Shown here one piece after another: positions 1 to 10,253 of a stretch of 64,000 nt of DNA. Source of the DNA: Candidatus Eremiobacteria bacterium (GTDB lineage Bacteria; Vulcanimicrobiota; Vulcanimicrobiia; Vulcanimicrobiales; Vulcanimicrobiaceae); the NCBI GenBank assembly GCA_963758295.1, contig CAVWUU010000001.1, positions 1-64,000 of the forward strand, read 5' to 3'. Within the stretch, counting starts at the first letter, position 1; every line of letters starts with the position of its first letter. The notes beneath the pieces are model-generated. The model was not told the DNA's origin. It searched no databases and saw only the letters and a program-made list of their open reading frames with translations. A program made the translations under genes and the position numbers.

Positions 1-79
1 GCCGGTACATGGGAGGCGACGGCCTGGCTCAGCAGGCTCGTGATCGCGTCGATGGATTGATTGTAATCGATCGAACCAG

Positions 80-255
80 GTGGCGATCCGCTACGAGCTG
101 ACCAGGGCGGAAGCCGACATCCTGACGGCCGGCCTCCGCACCAACCCGATCCTCAACGCCAGCGGCCAGTATGTGCCCTACGGCGAGTACTCCGCCCAGG
201 CCCGGGGGGCAGCGGCGGCCAGCCCCAGTATGCCATCAACGTGAGCATTCCCCTC
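80..255 (+). pseudogene. TolC/CzcC-like outer membrane efflux protein fragment, 5' of the IS66 insertion
   Basis: Translates VAIRYELTRAEADILTAGLRTNPILNASGQYVPYG...QYAINVSIPL (one indel). The frame resumes at 6821 as PLDVTRKRGA.VGVAEHARRVL, resembling planctomycete TolC proteins. Confidence 0.65.
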
Positions 256-391
256 GTATGCGTATTCCAGACCACACCCATCTCGATCCGGCGACAAGGC
301 TATACTGCCTCGCGGAGCCGCGTGTGGCTGAAGTCAGTGATCGGCTACCGCCACGACCGCCAAGCGGTCGAGGCAGTCGAGGTTCTCGTGA

Positions 392-3300
392 TTAGGGTTC
401 CCCATTTGTTGGGGCCATTTCAGTCAGGGCACTCGGCAGCCGCCCGTCCCGTACTTCGCCCTTCTCGTTAGCTTGCCAGTACTGGCCGGAGCCCACGTCC
501 AGGGCAGTCAGCCACCCTCCGCCGTTGCAGTAGGTGTCGATGCAGACGAGGTACCCCAAGTCAAGGATTTCGCCGGTCTTCTGCGGCGTGTGGCCCACGA
601 CAGCGACCTTGCCTGTGAAGTGCGCCACTGGCTGCTCGCTGTCGAGCGACTGTCGCCGTAGGACGGCTCCCGGCTGGTATCTCAGAGGCAGCCCCGCCCG
701 ATAGTTGGCGTGAACGAAGAAGTGCGTGTCAGTCTCGTGGCGATCCTCGCACCTAGTGAGAAAGGTGCGGTGCAACTCTGGGAGGTCGCTCGGATGATGG
801 ACGCGGTAGGAGCGAAGTGTCTGGTCCCCCCCGGCGCTGTGCCAGCGGCCGAGGGCATCTTGCCCTCCCAGGGCAGCCAGGAATAGCTCCTCGTGATCGC
901 CCTTCAACGGCACCAGCGTGCAGCCACCCACCAGACCCAGCAACAGCTCAACCACACCCTTGCTGTCGGGGCCGAGGTCGATGTGGTTCCCGAGTGTGAC
1001 AACCGTGTCGCCCAGCTGGGGAGCGACGGCCCTGAGCAGGGCTCTCAATGCCTCAGAGCAACCATGGATGTCCCCGATAGCAATCGTTCTGACCCTTGTT
1101 TCGGCCCCGCTCGTTGAGACGCGCCCCTTGGCCCCCTGATCCGCTTTCCCCAGACGGCCACCACGATAGAAGCCCGACGGGTAGATTTCGAGGCCAACAG
1201 GATTCTTTTTCTTCCGCCCCCGGCGGCAGTAGGCATCAATATCCTCCTCACCCGAGAGAAGGAATTTGAGGAAGCTGATGCCGCGGTACTTGCACGTCTG
1301 GCGGACGCTCAGCAGCACGAGAAAGTCGGACAGTCCCTCCTTGCACATGAGACCGTCGGACACAGGGCCATCGCACTACGTTTTCCCCTTGATTTTTAGG
1401 GAATCCTCCAAGGAGCAAAAGACGATGACATGATAGATGGATTATTAATAATTTTATAAGATGAATTTTAGTTTTATTTTGATGTCGATCTGCACTTCTA
1501 AACCTTCGCTATCACGTGGTCCTGAATGCTTCTCTTCGGTCTGGGTTCACTTTTGTTGTGCGATGGCCCTGCCGTCGGACACCTCGCGAGACCAGGCGAA
1601 CGCCTTGATCGCGTGTTCGCCGTGTTGTTGTTCCAGGGTACTCCGTCGTGGTCCAGGAAGGTGAAGAGCCTGCCCTCGTTCTTGAGGAACCGCTTCTGGT
1701 AGCTCTCGGCCAGCTCGGAGCGGTAGACGCGGGCGGTCCAAGTCGCGGAAGAAGCGGGCGACCTCGGCCTTGTGCTTGTGCAGGTGACGCCTCTTCAGCC
1801 CGTATTTGTCGATCGTGTCCGACGATGGACCTGAGCAGCTTGCCGAACTCCCCGCCAGGGCCTTGAACTCCTCATCGTAGGGGCTGCCCATCAGGTCGTC
1901 GTTGATGTCCCGGATGAGGTGGAAGAGGCACGTCTGCTGCTCGCAGGGCAGCGACTCGTAGCCAGGGTAGAAGTCGGACACGAGTACCCCCTTGAAGCCG
2001 CGGAGAAGGTCATGGAGGAAGTCCGCCTCCCGGTTGGGCCGGTAGAAGTACACCACGTCCTCCATGTTCGTCAGCACCCAGACATACCCCTTGCCCTTTT
2101 GCAGGTTGACCTGGGTCTCGTCGACGTGGACCAGCCCGCCCGCCACGATCCTCGCCAGGATTCCTTCCATGTCTGGCCGGTAACGTCTGGCCATCAGGGT
2201 CTTGATCATCAGAAGCTCCATGATGCCGACACGTCAGGCCGAAGCAGTCCTCGAACATGGCCTCCAGTTGCTGCAGGCTGATGCGGTGGACGATGTGCTG
2301 GTACATAGCCCAGCTCTTCAGCCCGTGCAGGTGCTTGTCTCGCCTCTTGTACCGCTCGGGCAAGAACCGCTCTGCAGTCCTCGCACCGATGGCGGACGGC
2401 GGTGCAGCGGATCACCTGCCGGCGGATGCCCCCCGCGGTGAACTTGAGGTCGTAGGCGAGTTTGGACATGCATTCTCTTGCCGAGCTGGGTGATTCGGTT
2501 GCCCTTGCAGAAGGGGCAGGAATCGCTCGTGATCTCGACCTCTCTGTTCACCGGCGGCTTCGACCGCTTCCTTCGCTTCCGCGGCGGCTCAGGCAGGCCC
2601 GCCTGACCGCCTTGCTGGTGCGGACGAAGACCTTGTCGCGTTGGTAGTCGAAGTAGGAACAGCGGTTGACGTGGTCGAAGTCCTGGAGTGCGAACTTGGG
2701 CCGGCACCACTCGCGGCGGCTCGACGGAGCGACCTCGTCCGCCCAGGCGACGGCTGGGCTGAAGACGAGGCACCTCTGTTGCCTTCGCCGCGGCTTCGTG
2801 CCGCCTCACCGATGGCCTGGACGAACTCCGTGACTTTCCTCAAGGCGGCACAGTCCTCGGCGTTGTAGGTGAGCAGCTTGTCCTTCCAGGCGGGATCCCG
2901 GTCCTCCTCCCAGCGTGCCCGCCACACCAGGCTCTGAAGACCGGAGGCGTTCTCCTCCGTCCAGGTGCAGCCGAGGTAGCGGCCGACGTCCTTCAGCCCG
3001 TTGGAGAAGGTGGGGAAGTACACGCTGGCGTGGATCGCGGACAGGACGTTCACGGCGTTGGCGAGCAGGCGGTCCACGAGCTTCTTCCGCTTCACCACCT
3101 TCCTCATCCGCCGCAGCAACTTCTTCTCGTAGCTGCCGTAGTGGAACAGGGCGAAGTCCTCGCGGCCGTCCAGGAGGTCCAGGAAGGCGTCGAACGCCTG
3201 CACCTCTTGGTCCGGGCCATCCGCCCAGAAGGAGTGCATCTTCTGATTGTCGCCCTCGACGACGAGGACGCCCAGCAAGTAGGCGAAGCCGCCGTCCTCG

Positions 3301-4188
3301 CTGCCCTCGGCGTCGAGGAAGACCTGCACCGGCTTCCGCGGGATGTCGGGCGTGCCGTAGACGTGGACCTTCTTCTCGCGGATGGCCAGGGCCTGCAAGG
3401 CGGGGTAGCGGTTGTGGTCTGGTCGCTTGACCCGCTTGCCCCTCTTCCGCGGGCGGAAGGTGCAGGACAGCTGGGTGAGGGTGAAGATGCCCTTGCGGTT
3501 GATAGCGTCCGCAGCTCCTTCTCGCCCACGGTCTCCAGCAGGCTGATGTCGTCGGCCTGCTCCGCCTGCTCGCGGCACCGCTGCCGGAACTCGCAGACCT
3601 GGCAGTGCCCGTTCAGCATCAGTCTGCGGCGGCTCGCCGCCAGCCTGGAGCCGCTCGAGTTCTCCAGCACCTGCTCTGCCTGCCGGTAGAGCTTCGAGTC
3701 CAGGCGGACCTTCCCCAGCCGGCCCTCGGGGCCGCGGGCGACCAGCCCGGCGGTGGGCCGCACTCCCTGCACGCGGGCGAGGGCGAGCCCGAGCACGGCC
3801 AGCAGGACCTTCTGCTGATCGGCCGACCTTATCCCCGTGGTCGTGGAGTACGGGGACGATAGTGGTGGTCCCCCAGCTCGAGGCCCCGTCCGCCCGCTTC
3901 AGCGCGTCGAAACGGAGCGACAGGCCCTCGTCCTCGACGATGGCGTCCGCCAACAGCGGTGTCCCCTCTTCAGCGTCGCGGCGGTGATGGTGGTCCCCCC
4001 GGTGGGCTCCTTCGCCGGAGCGGGCGACGAGCTTGGCGAGGGCCTGCTCCCGCGACGCCGCGTCTGGCCGCCTTGGTCATGGCCTCGTAGTCCGACTCGG
4101 TACCGGTCTCGCCGGCGAGCTTCAGGTGGCCCTTGGTCTTACAGTTCAGATACGCTTCCAGGACTTCCCTCGTGATCTTCATGGCCAT
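392..4188 (-). pseudogene. Passenger fusion: TM0106/RecB-like nuclease + RNase H-like exonuclease + IS66 DDE transposase domain + metallophosphoesterase (frameshifted, MITE-interrupted)
   Basis: Consecutive ORF pieces give MAMKITREVLEAYLNCKTK, HCQVCEFRQRC, VFLDAEG..FHYGSYE..LKDVGRYLG..YNAEDC, CPFC/CEDC, HVDET..VSDFY..CLFHLIRD..EHAIK, then GDIHG..GNHIDLG..GDHE..VGHT..IDT. Confidence 0.8.
1363..1571. mobile_element. 209-bp MITE with ISAs1-like ends
   Basis: Perfect 14-bp terminal IR CAGGGCCATCGCAC (1363-1376 / 1558-1571). 10-bp direct repeat CCGTCGGACA at 1353-1362 and 1572-1581. Interior about 37% GC by hand count, with no transposase. Confidence 0.9.
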
Positions 4189-4397
4189 GATCCCGCCCCC
4201 GAGGTCGGCTCGGGACCGTCCCGCCCGGCGAGCCGTTCCGATGAGGTAGCATGCGCCGCCGACACGGCGCGCCATGGCAAGGACGACCTCATCTGGATCT
4301 GTCTGGTCAGCCTACCCGGCCGGGAGTGGGAAATCGCGGGTGCATCGCCAGCCGCACCGGGATCGATCGCCAGCCATCGGCATCCCGGTCCGTCGGT

Positions 4398-5945
4398 TCA
4401 CGCGGCTCTCTTGCGTCGTGCCGAGGGGTGCGACGCGAACCAGACGTCGGGCAGCAGCTCCTCGAGCTGATCCGCGGGATGGGACGGCAGGCGACGGAGG
4501 ACGTCCTGGAGGTAGGCGAAGGGATCGATGTCGTGGTGCTTGCAGGTGCCGGTCAACGAGTAGAGGACGGCCGCCGTCCGGCCGCCGCGGTCGCTCCCGA
4601 GGAAGGTCCAGTTGCGGCGGCCGATCGCCTGGGCACGGAGCATCCGCTCGGCGAGGTTGTTGTCGATGCTCAGGTCCCCGTGCTCGGGGTAGCGGCAGCA
4701 GCGCCGCCCAGTTGGACTGCGCGTAGGCGATCGCCTGGCCGATCGGGCTCTTGGGCAGCGCCCGGCGGCCCTGCTCGGTCAACCACTCCTCGAAGGCGTT
4801 CAGCAGCGGGACCGCATCCCGCTGGCGCAGGGCGCGCCGGTCCTCGGCCGACAGCTCCGCGGCGTCATGCTCGATCTTGTAGAGCTGCCGGATGCGGGCC
4901 AACGCCGCGTGCGCCGGCACCGGCGCCGAGGTCCGCGACTCGTAGAACTTCCTCCGCACGTGGGCCCAGCACGCGACCTCGATCACGCCCGAGCCGGCGC
5001 AGATCCGGTCGTAGCCGGAGAACGCGTCGGCCTGGAGGTAGCCGCGAAATCCCTTGAGGAACGCCTCCGGCCCGTCCCGCGTCCGCCGCGGCGTGTAGTC
5101 GTAGACCACGTAGGGATGGCGGACGTCCCCGACGTAGACCCAGAACCGCCCGGTGCGGGTGTGCGGCAGCGTCGGGTCCCACACCGGCACCGTGGTGTCG
5201 TCGGTATGGATGACCAGCGAGAGCAGCACCCGCTTGACCATCTCGTTGAACAAGCGGGGTGAGCAGCTCGGCGCAGGAGGCCATCCAGCCGCAGAGCGTG
5301 GCCCGCGACAGCTCCACGCCGTGGCGGGCGAAGATGTCCTCGAGCCGGTACAGCGGCAGGTGGTCGCCGTACTTGCTGGTGATCGTCTGGGCCAGCAGCC
5401 CGGGGCCGGGCAGCCCCTTGTCGATCGGCTGGGGCGGCTTGGCCGCGATCGCGACGTGCTCCTGGCAGGCCCGACAGGCGTAGCGGAAACCGGACGTGCT
5501 GAAGGACCCGCATCGAGGCGGGGACGTACTCGAGCTGCTCGCTGACCTCCTCGCCGATCTTCATCCGCACGCAGCCGCAGTCCGGGCAGGCCAACTCCTC
5601 GGCGGTCAGCTCGTACTCGATCCGCTCGCGGGGCAGGTGCTCGGGGAGCCGCTGCCGCCCACGCCGGCGCCAGCGGCGGCGGCTCGGGCGCCGCGTCCTG
5701 TGGCTCGGGAGGCGCGCCGGGATCGCCCTCGGCGAGTCCTCGGGCTCCTCGTCGGCGAAGAGCCGGAGCTGGTCGGGATCGACGCTCTCCCGCCGGGGGC
5801 CATACTGGCGGCGGAGCAACTGCTCGACCTGGTGCTCCAGCTGCTCGATCCGCCGTTGCGACTCCCGGATCGTGTCCGCCTGCTGGCGGATGATCTCGTG
5901 GCAGAGGGCCAGGTCGTCGGGAAGGGGCTCGTCGGAGTCGCTCAT
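4398..5945 (-). CDS. tnpC: IS66 transposase TnpC (frameshifted in this sequence)
   Basis: Leucine zipper with RRQYGPRRE, LPEHLPRERI, CPDCG, HTDDT, YLQADAFSGY, ACWAHVRRKF and GRRNWTFLGS...LEELLP. Pieces lie in several frames. Confidence 0.92.
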
Positions 5946-5954
5946 GCCAAGATT

Positions 5955-6356
5955 CTACAGTCGAGCCGGACTTCGAAAAGGGGCCTCTCCGGGGATTTCG
6001 ACGGATTCTCGCGAGTAGCGCCGCTGCCGTCGGACGCTGCCGAGATCGACCCCGTCGAGGATCATCATCAGGTCCGCCGCCTTGATCTCGACATGCCCGG
6101 TCGCCTGAGCCGCCGCGGCCGGGAAGCGGACGTTTCCTCTCTCCAGCCGCTTGTACCACATGGCGTACCCATCCCTGTCCCAGTACAGGATCTTTATCCG
6201 ATCGCCACGACGGCTGCGGAAAACGAACAGGTGGCCCGAGAACGGATCGAGCGCCAGGGACGATTCGATGAGATGCGCGAGCGAGTCGAATCCCTTTCGC
6301 ATGTCGGTCGCGTCGGAGCAGAGGAAGACCTTCACGGTCGGGGGCCAGCTCAGCAT
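5955..6356 (-). CDS. tnpB: IS66 accessory protein TnpB (Orf2)
   Basis: TDMRKGFDSL, LFVFRSRRGDRIKILYWDRDG, KRLERG motifs. Confidence 0.95.
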   Translation of the reverse strand: MLSWPPTVKVFLCSDATDMRKGFDSLAHLIESSLALDPFSGHLFVFRSRRGDRIKILYWDRDGYAMWYKRLERGNVRFPAAAAQATGHVEIKAADLMMILDGVDLGSVRRQRRYSRESVEIPGEAPFRSPARL

Positions 6357-6742
6357 GATCGGCCCTCCAGCACGGCCAGGACCTGACCGAGGGTGCGCGG
6401 GTCGAAACCCGAAGGGACCCGGACGGTCGGGCCGGTCGGCAGGACGATCTCGATCGGAGGCGAGGGACGGGGCGAGGCCGCCTCCAGGTCCACCAGCCGC
6501 ACCGGCAGGAAGGCCGGGGCCGCTTCGGTGGGCTCGCCATCCCGGTCAGCCTGGGTCGTGGCCGACGCCTCGCGGTCGCGGCGGGCCAGCGCCTGCCGCC
6601 ACCAGCGGAAGGCGCCGTCCTTCAGCCCCTCGCGGAGGCAGAAGGCGCGGACGGTGAGCCCGCTGCGCTGCTGCTGTCGGATCGTCCGCCGCCAGAACTT
6701 CTCCCGGATGGGATCACGCTGTCTGCCGCCGCGTCTGGCCAT
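6350..6742 (-). CDS. tnpA: IS66 accessory protein TnpA (HTH)
   Basis: FWRRTI..QQRSGLTVRAFC..WWR, FLPV, IEIVLP..VRV motifs; overlaps the tnpB start. Confidence 0.9.
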   Translation of the reverse strand: MARRGGRQRDPIREKFWRRTIRQQQRSGLTVRAFCLREGLKDGAFRWWRQALARRDREASATTQADRDGEPTEAAPAFLPVRLVDLEAASPRPSPPIEIVLPTGPTVRVPSGFDPRTLGQVLAVLEGRSC

Positions 6743-6820
6743 GCTGGGGTCTCCTCGATACCGAAGGATCGGCTCGAGGCGATCGTACCATGGCCATCAA
6801 GATGGGGTTCGTAAAGCGAC

Positions 6821-6886
6821 TTCCCCTCGACGTCACGCGGAAGCGCGGCGCGGGTGGGCGTGGCCGAGCACGCCAGGCGGGTCCTC
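6821..6886 (+). pseudogene. Continuation of TolC-like fragment after the IS66 element
   Basis: PLDVTRKRGA.VGVAEHARRVL follows directly on VSIPL at 255, then breaks off. Confidence 0.6.
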
Positions 6887-6989
6887 CACGCCAGGGGCCG
6901 GGGCACGGGCAACGTCTCGGCGATCTTCCGCGGGACGCTCATCCTCAACGGCAGCGCAACCCGCTGCGGCTCAATTCGGCCTGAGCCGG
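6883..6989 (+). repeat. Diverged copy of 10062-10169 (3' end of a paralog of the LEPR-xLL protein)
   Basis: Both encode LHARGRGTGNVSAIFRGTLIL..G..NPLRLNSA-stop, with mostly synonymous differences. Confidence 0.85.
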
Positions 6990-7064
6990 TCGGAGAGCCC
7001 GCCCCCGCTGCCCATCGGCGCGGAGGACGATGGAGATCAGGAAAGGGTTTGCTCCGGACCCGGC

Positions 7065-8926
7065 TCAGTGGCCGGGCTCGGACGGCCCCGCGCGGACCCG
7101 GCCGGGGCGACGGCGGGGATCGTCGTACCCCGGGAGCTTGCCCCCGAACGACTTCTGGATCGCCCCCATGGTGCTGCTGGCGCCGCCTTTTCGGGGTCGG
7201 ACACGCTCCGGATCCTCGGGACGCCGCGACGGACCATCAGGGGCCGCGCGCCCCGTCAGCCGGGCCGGTTCCGCCCTCGGCAGGGCGATCGTGTCGGGGG
7301 CGAGGGCCTTCTTCGGGAGGCTCGCCTGGAGGCTCGTGCGCTGCGCCGGCGTCATCTTGGCGAGCAGCGCCTCGAGTCGGCTCTCCGCGTTCTCTTCCAC
7401 CTCCGCCGCCGCGGGGGCGGCGACGCCGACGGCCCGGCGACCGGGCTTCCTCGGCCAGGACCCGCGGGTTGACCTCGGTCCAGCGGAGATGCAACTCGCC
7501 GTTGATCCGCCCGCGGTCCTCGGGCCTCGGCAGGGCGAAGGACAGGACCACGCCCTGCTCCTCGCCGTACGAGACGGTCGGCCCCGACACCCGGGCGTTC
7601 GCGGTCGTCTTGAATTGCGAGTCGATGACGGCGACGGCCGAGGCGCCGCCCCGCCAGGGCAGGCGGAGCGTGTACGTGTTATTGAACAGGTCGAGGTAGT
7701 GCTGCGACTGGCTGCAGAACCCCTCGTTGCCCCAGTTCCGCACGAAGATCGCCCAGGTCTCGTCGGCCGGGTCGTCCTTGACGCGGATCGCCATCACGTA
7801 GACCGGGTGCAGTTCGGTCGGGCAGTCGTGCTCGCAGTCGAGCCCCAGCAGCCCGGTGACGATCGCGTAGCTGCCGTCGACCAGGGCCCGGGCGTCCTTG
7901 TCGGACTTGTCCACGGCCTTGTGGAACGCGTTCCACCAGGGCGTGTCGAAGTGGTCGATGGTCTCGCCGAATCGAACTCGAGGCCGAGCCCCAGCCCGCT
8001 GGCTTGGACGTGGTCATGCCGGCCCGGTTCGGGGGGAGGAGCCGGAAGTTGTAGTCGTCGTCGGCGATCGGGTCGGAGTGCGATTCCCAGGTGATCGGGC
8101 CCTCGTAGGTGGCGGGCATCCAGTTGACGTGCCCGTGGGTCTCGCCGATCTCGCCCCGCTTCAGGGCGTCGGCCGTGCAGAGGATGTTGACGAAGGTCCC
8201 CGCGGTATCGATCGAGGGGGCCTGGGTCGTGCAGGGGGCCTGGACCACCTTGCCGCAGAGCTGGTGGACGTCCGGCGGGGCGCCGGCGTGGTCGACCTGA
8301 TAGGCCCAGCGGGGGTTGAGCGGGATCGCGTTGTCGTCGACGGCGTCCCAGACGAGGTCCATCGGGGCCGCAGGCGGCGGCGAGCCGGCCGTCGGCCCGG
8401 ACTGCGACCGTCACGATGACGAAGGCGTTGCCGAGGCCCTTGCACTGGTCGCCGGTGCCGTCGTCGCCGGAGCGGCCCCAGTAGCCGTTGTCGCTGTAGC
8501 CGTCGTCCTCGTACCCGAGCCGGAGGAAGAGCTGCGCGGGGTCGACCCCCTTGGGGATGACGGCCGGGCGGCCGGCGACCCCCTGGATCCGCACCAGCCC
8601 CGACTCGGCGCCGGGGATCCAGACCAGGCCGTGATAGAGCCGGTCGGCGTTGGGGCCCCGCGGGTCGACGTAGCGCTTCCACGTCTTGCCGTGCCCCCCC
8701 GTCTGGGCGCAGCCCCCGGCGGTGACCGTCACCGTGTCCCCCGGCCGGAACCGGATGCTGCCGTACTCGGTCAGACGCTGCTTGACGTTCGGCTCGTCGA
8801 TCCGCCAGCGGACCGTCGTCGCGTTGACGACCTGGCACGTGACGTGCTCGTCGGCCCGGGCGGTCGTGAGACCGCCGAGCGAGGCGGCGGCCAGGAGGGT
8901 CGGCTGTCGTTCCCGAGGTTCGCCAT
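7065..8926 (-). CDS. Hypothetical secreted protein (several frameshifts)
   Basis: Signal-like start (LLAAASLGGLTTARA) followed by successive GC3-biased ORF pieces 7794-8996, 7679-8362, 7237-7914 and 7065-7400. Confidence 0.6.
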
Positions 8927-9422
8927 GGCATGGTCCTCGATCCCTGTCGAGGCGGGGGCGCGGGCGGTACGCAAGACGCCCCGGACCGGCATGCACCCGC
9001 GAGTCCGTCCCCGCCGCAGGGCCACTCCTCTGAGAGCGGTGGCTGGTCGGCGGCTATGCTCGAAATCGGAGGAATCGCGGGTCGAATCCCCGACGGAAAT
9101 GGGTCGGCCGCGCTTCCTCCGGGCGAGGCCGAGCCGGATCCCCGGCTCTCTACGGCCTCCGATGTGCCGGCAAAACGCTCGATGACCCGGGAGCGTATTC
9201 CGCCGCCTCGCATTCAGGGTCGTCAAGAAAAAACAAATTGCCATTGCGCTTTTTCTTAGGGATTGTGGCCGGATCGATGCCGGATCGCGACCCGACCCTT
9301 CAAGGGGATGTCGGCCGCCGGGTCCCGGAGTGGGGGCTCCTGGACCCGGGTCCCGCGATCATCGATCCGATCCGTTGTTGATACCGAGGCGACGGGAACG
9401 GACCGGAGGAGGAGCGATCACC

Positions 9423-10164
9423 ATGAAACGGAAGAAGCACAGGGGCTCCCGCGGCCCCGGTCGGCCGGACCCTCGAGAGTCCTGGAGCCGCGGAATCTGC
9501 CGTCGGCGTCCACGCCCTCATCGCGGGCCGCGGCCGGCGCTGGGGCGCAGGCCCGCGTCGGGCCCAGGCGGCGGGACGTTCGCGCTGGGCCAGACGCAAC
9601 TCAACCTCGCGGCACAGCGTCGACCGGCTCGCTCGACCGTCGCGCAGGTCAGCGGCTCGCCGACGCCCACGAGCGGCTGCGCGACGAACTTCACCGCGGT
9701 CTTCTACGGGCCGTACATCATCGGCCCGCCGCGGTTCTCCGGCGATTCCTCGCAGACCTACACGAATCGGGCGGGACCTCCAGCTCGTTCCTGCACGGCA
9801 ACCTCCAGCTCGGCTTCCAGACGCCGTCGTCGGCCGTCGCAGGGCCCCGAGCGGCACGCGCCACGCTGTATCCCAAGAATTACCTGATGACCGGCAACTA
9901 CCTGGACCTCCAGCTCCAGGGCGACCCCACCGACTCCCGCGACGGCGCGCCACGTCGTTCACCTGGATCGTCAGCTCGGCCAGCTCGGGGATGTACGCCA
10001 ACGCCTCGGGCTCGGGGACGGTGCAACTGGTCTACCACCCGGGCAGCCGCGGCGGCGGCTACCTCCACGCCCGCGGCCGGGGCACCGGCAACGTCTCGGC
10101 GATCTTCCGCGGGACCCTCATCCTCGACGGCACCATCAACCCCCTCCGCCTCAATTCGGCCTGA
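9423..10164 (+). CDS. Planctomycete-type extracellular protein with LEPR-xLL-like N-terminal motif (frameshifted)
   Basis: GGAGGAG RBS, MKRKKH...LEPRNLPS, beta-rich body; ends NPLRLNSA-stop. Confidence 0.65.
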
Positions 10165-10253
10165 GCCGGCGCCGGGGAGCGGGGGCGCGGGCTCGTCCGC
10201 GCCCGACCCCCGCCGACGCCCGCGGACCGCGGCGGTGAAGGCTTTGTAGGTTC

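Larger units (their letters stand above)
256..6820 (-). mobile_element. IS66-family element with passenger gene
   Basis: Contains tnpA/tnpB/tnpC. Exact 8-bp direct repeat TTCCCCTC at 248-255 and 6821-6828. Imperfect terminal IRs: GTATGCGTATTCCAGACCACACCCATC vs reverse complement GTCGCTTTACGAACCCCATC. Removing the element rejoins the TolC-like frame. Confidence 0.85.

Noticed and set aside
5955..6356. TnpB as an RNA-guided nuclease
   Set aside because: This is the 133-aa IS66 accessory TnpB. It is unrelated to IS200/IS605 TnpB and has no RuvC motifs.
4312..9259. Long alternative-frame ORFs such as 4312-6540, 6393-7472, 7030-8094 and 8161-9213
   Set aside because: They are Arg/Pro/Gly-rich shadow frames of GC-rich genes, or joins created by indels.
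1547..10164. Many frameshifts read as programmed frameshifting or true pseudogenisation
   Set aside because: Single-base indels hit nearly every long gene in this segment and have no consistent slippery motifs, so sequencing error is the simpler explanation. Only the IS and MITE insertions are well-supported disruptions.
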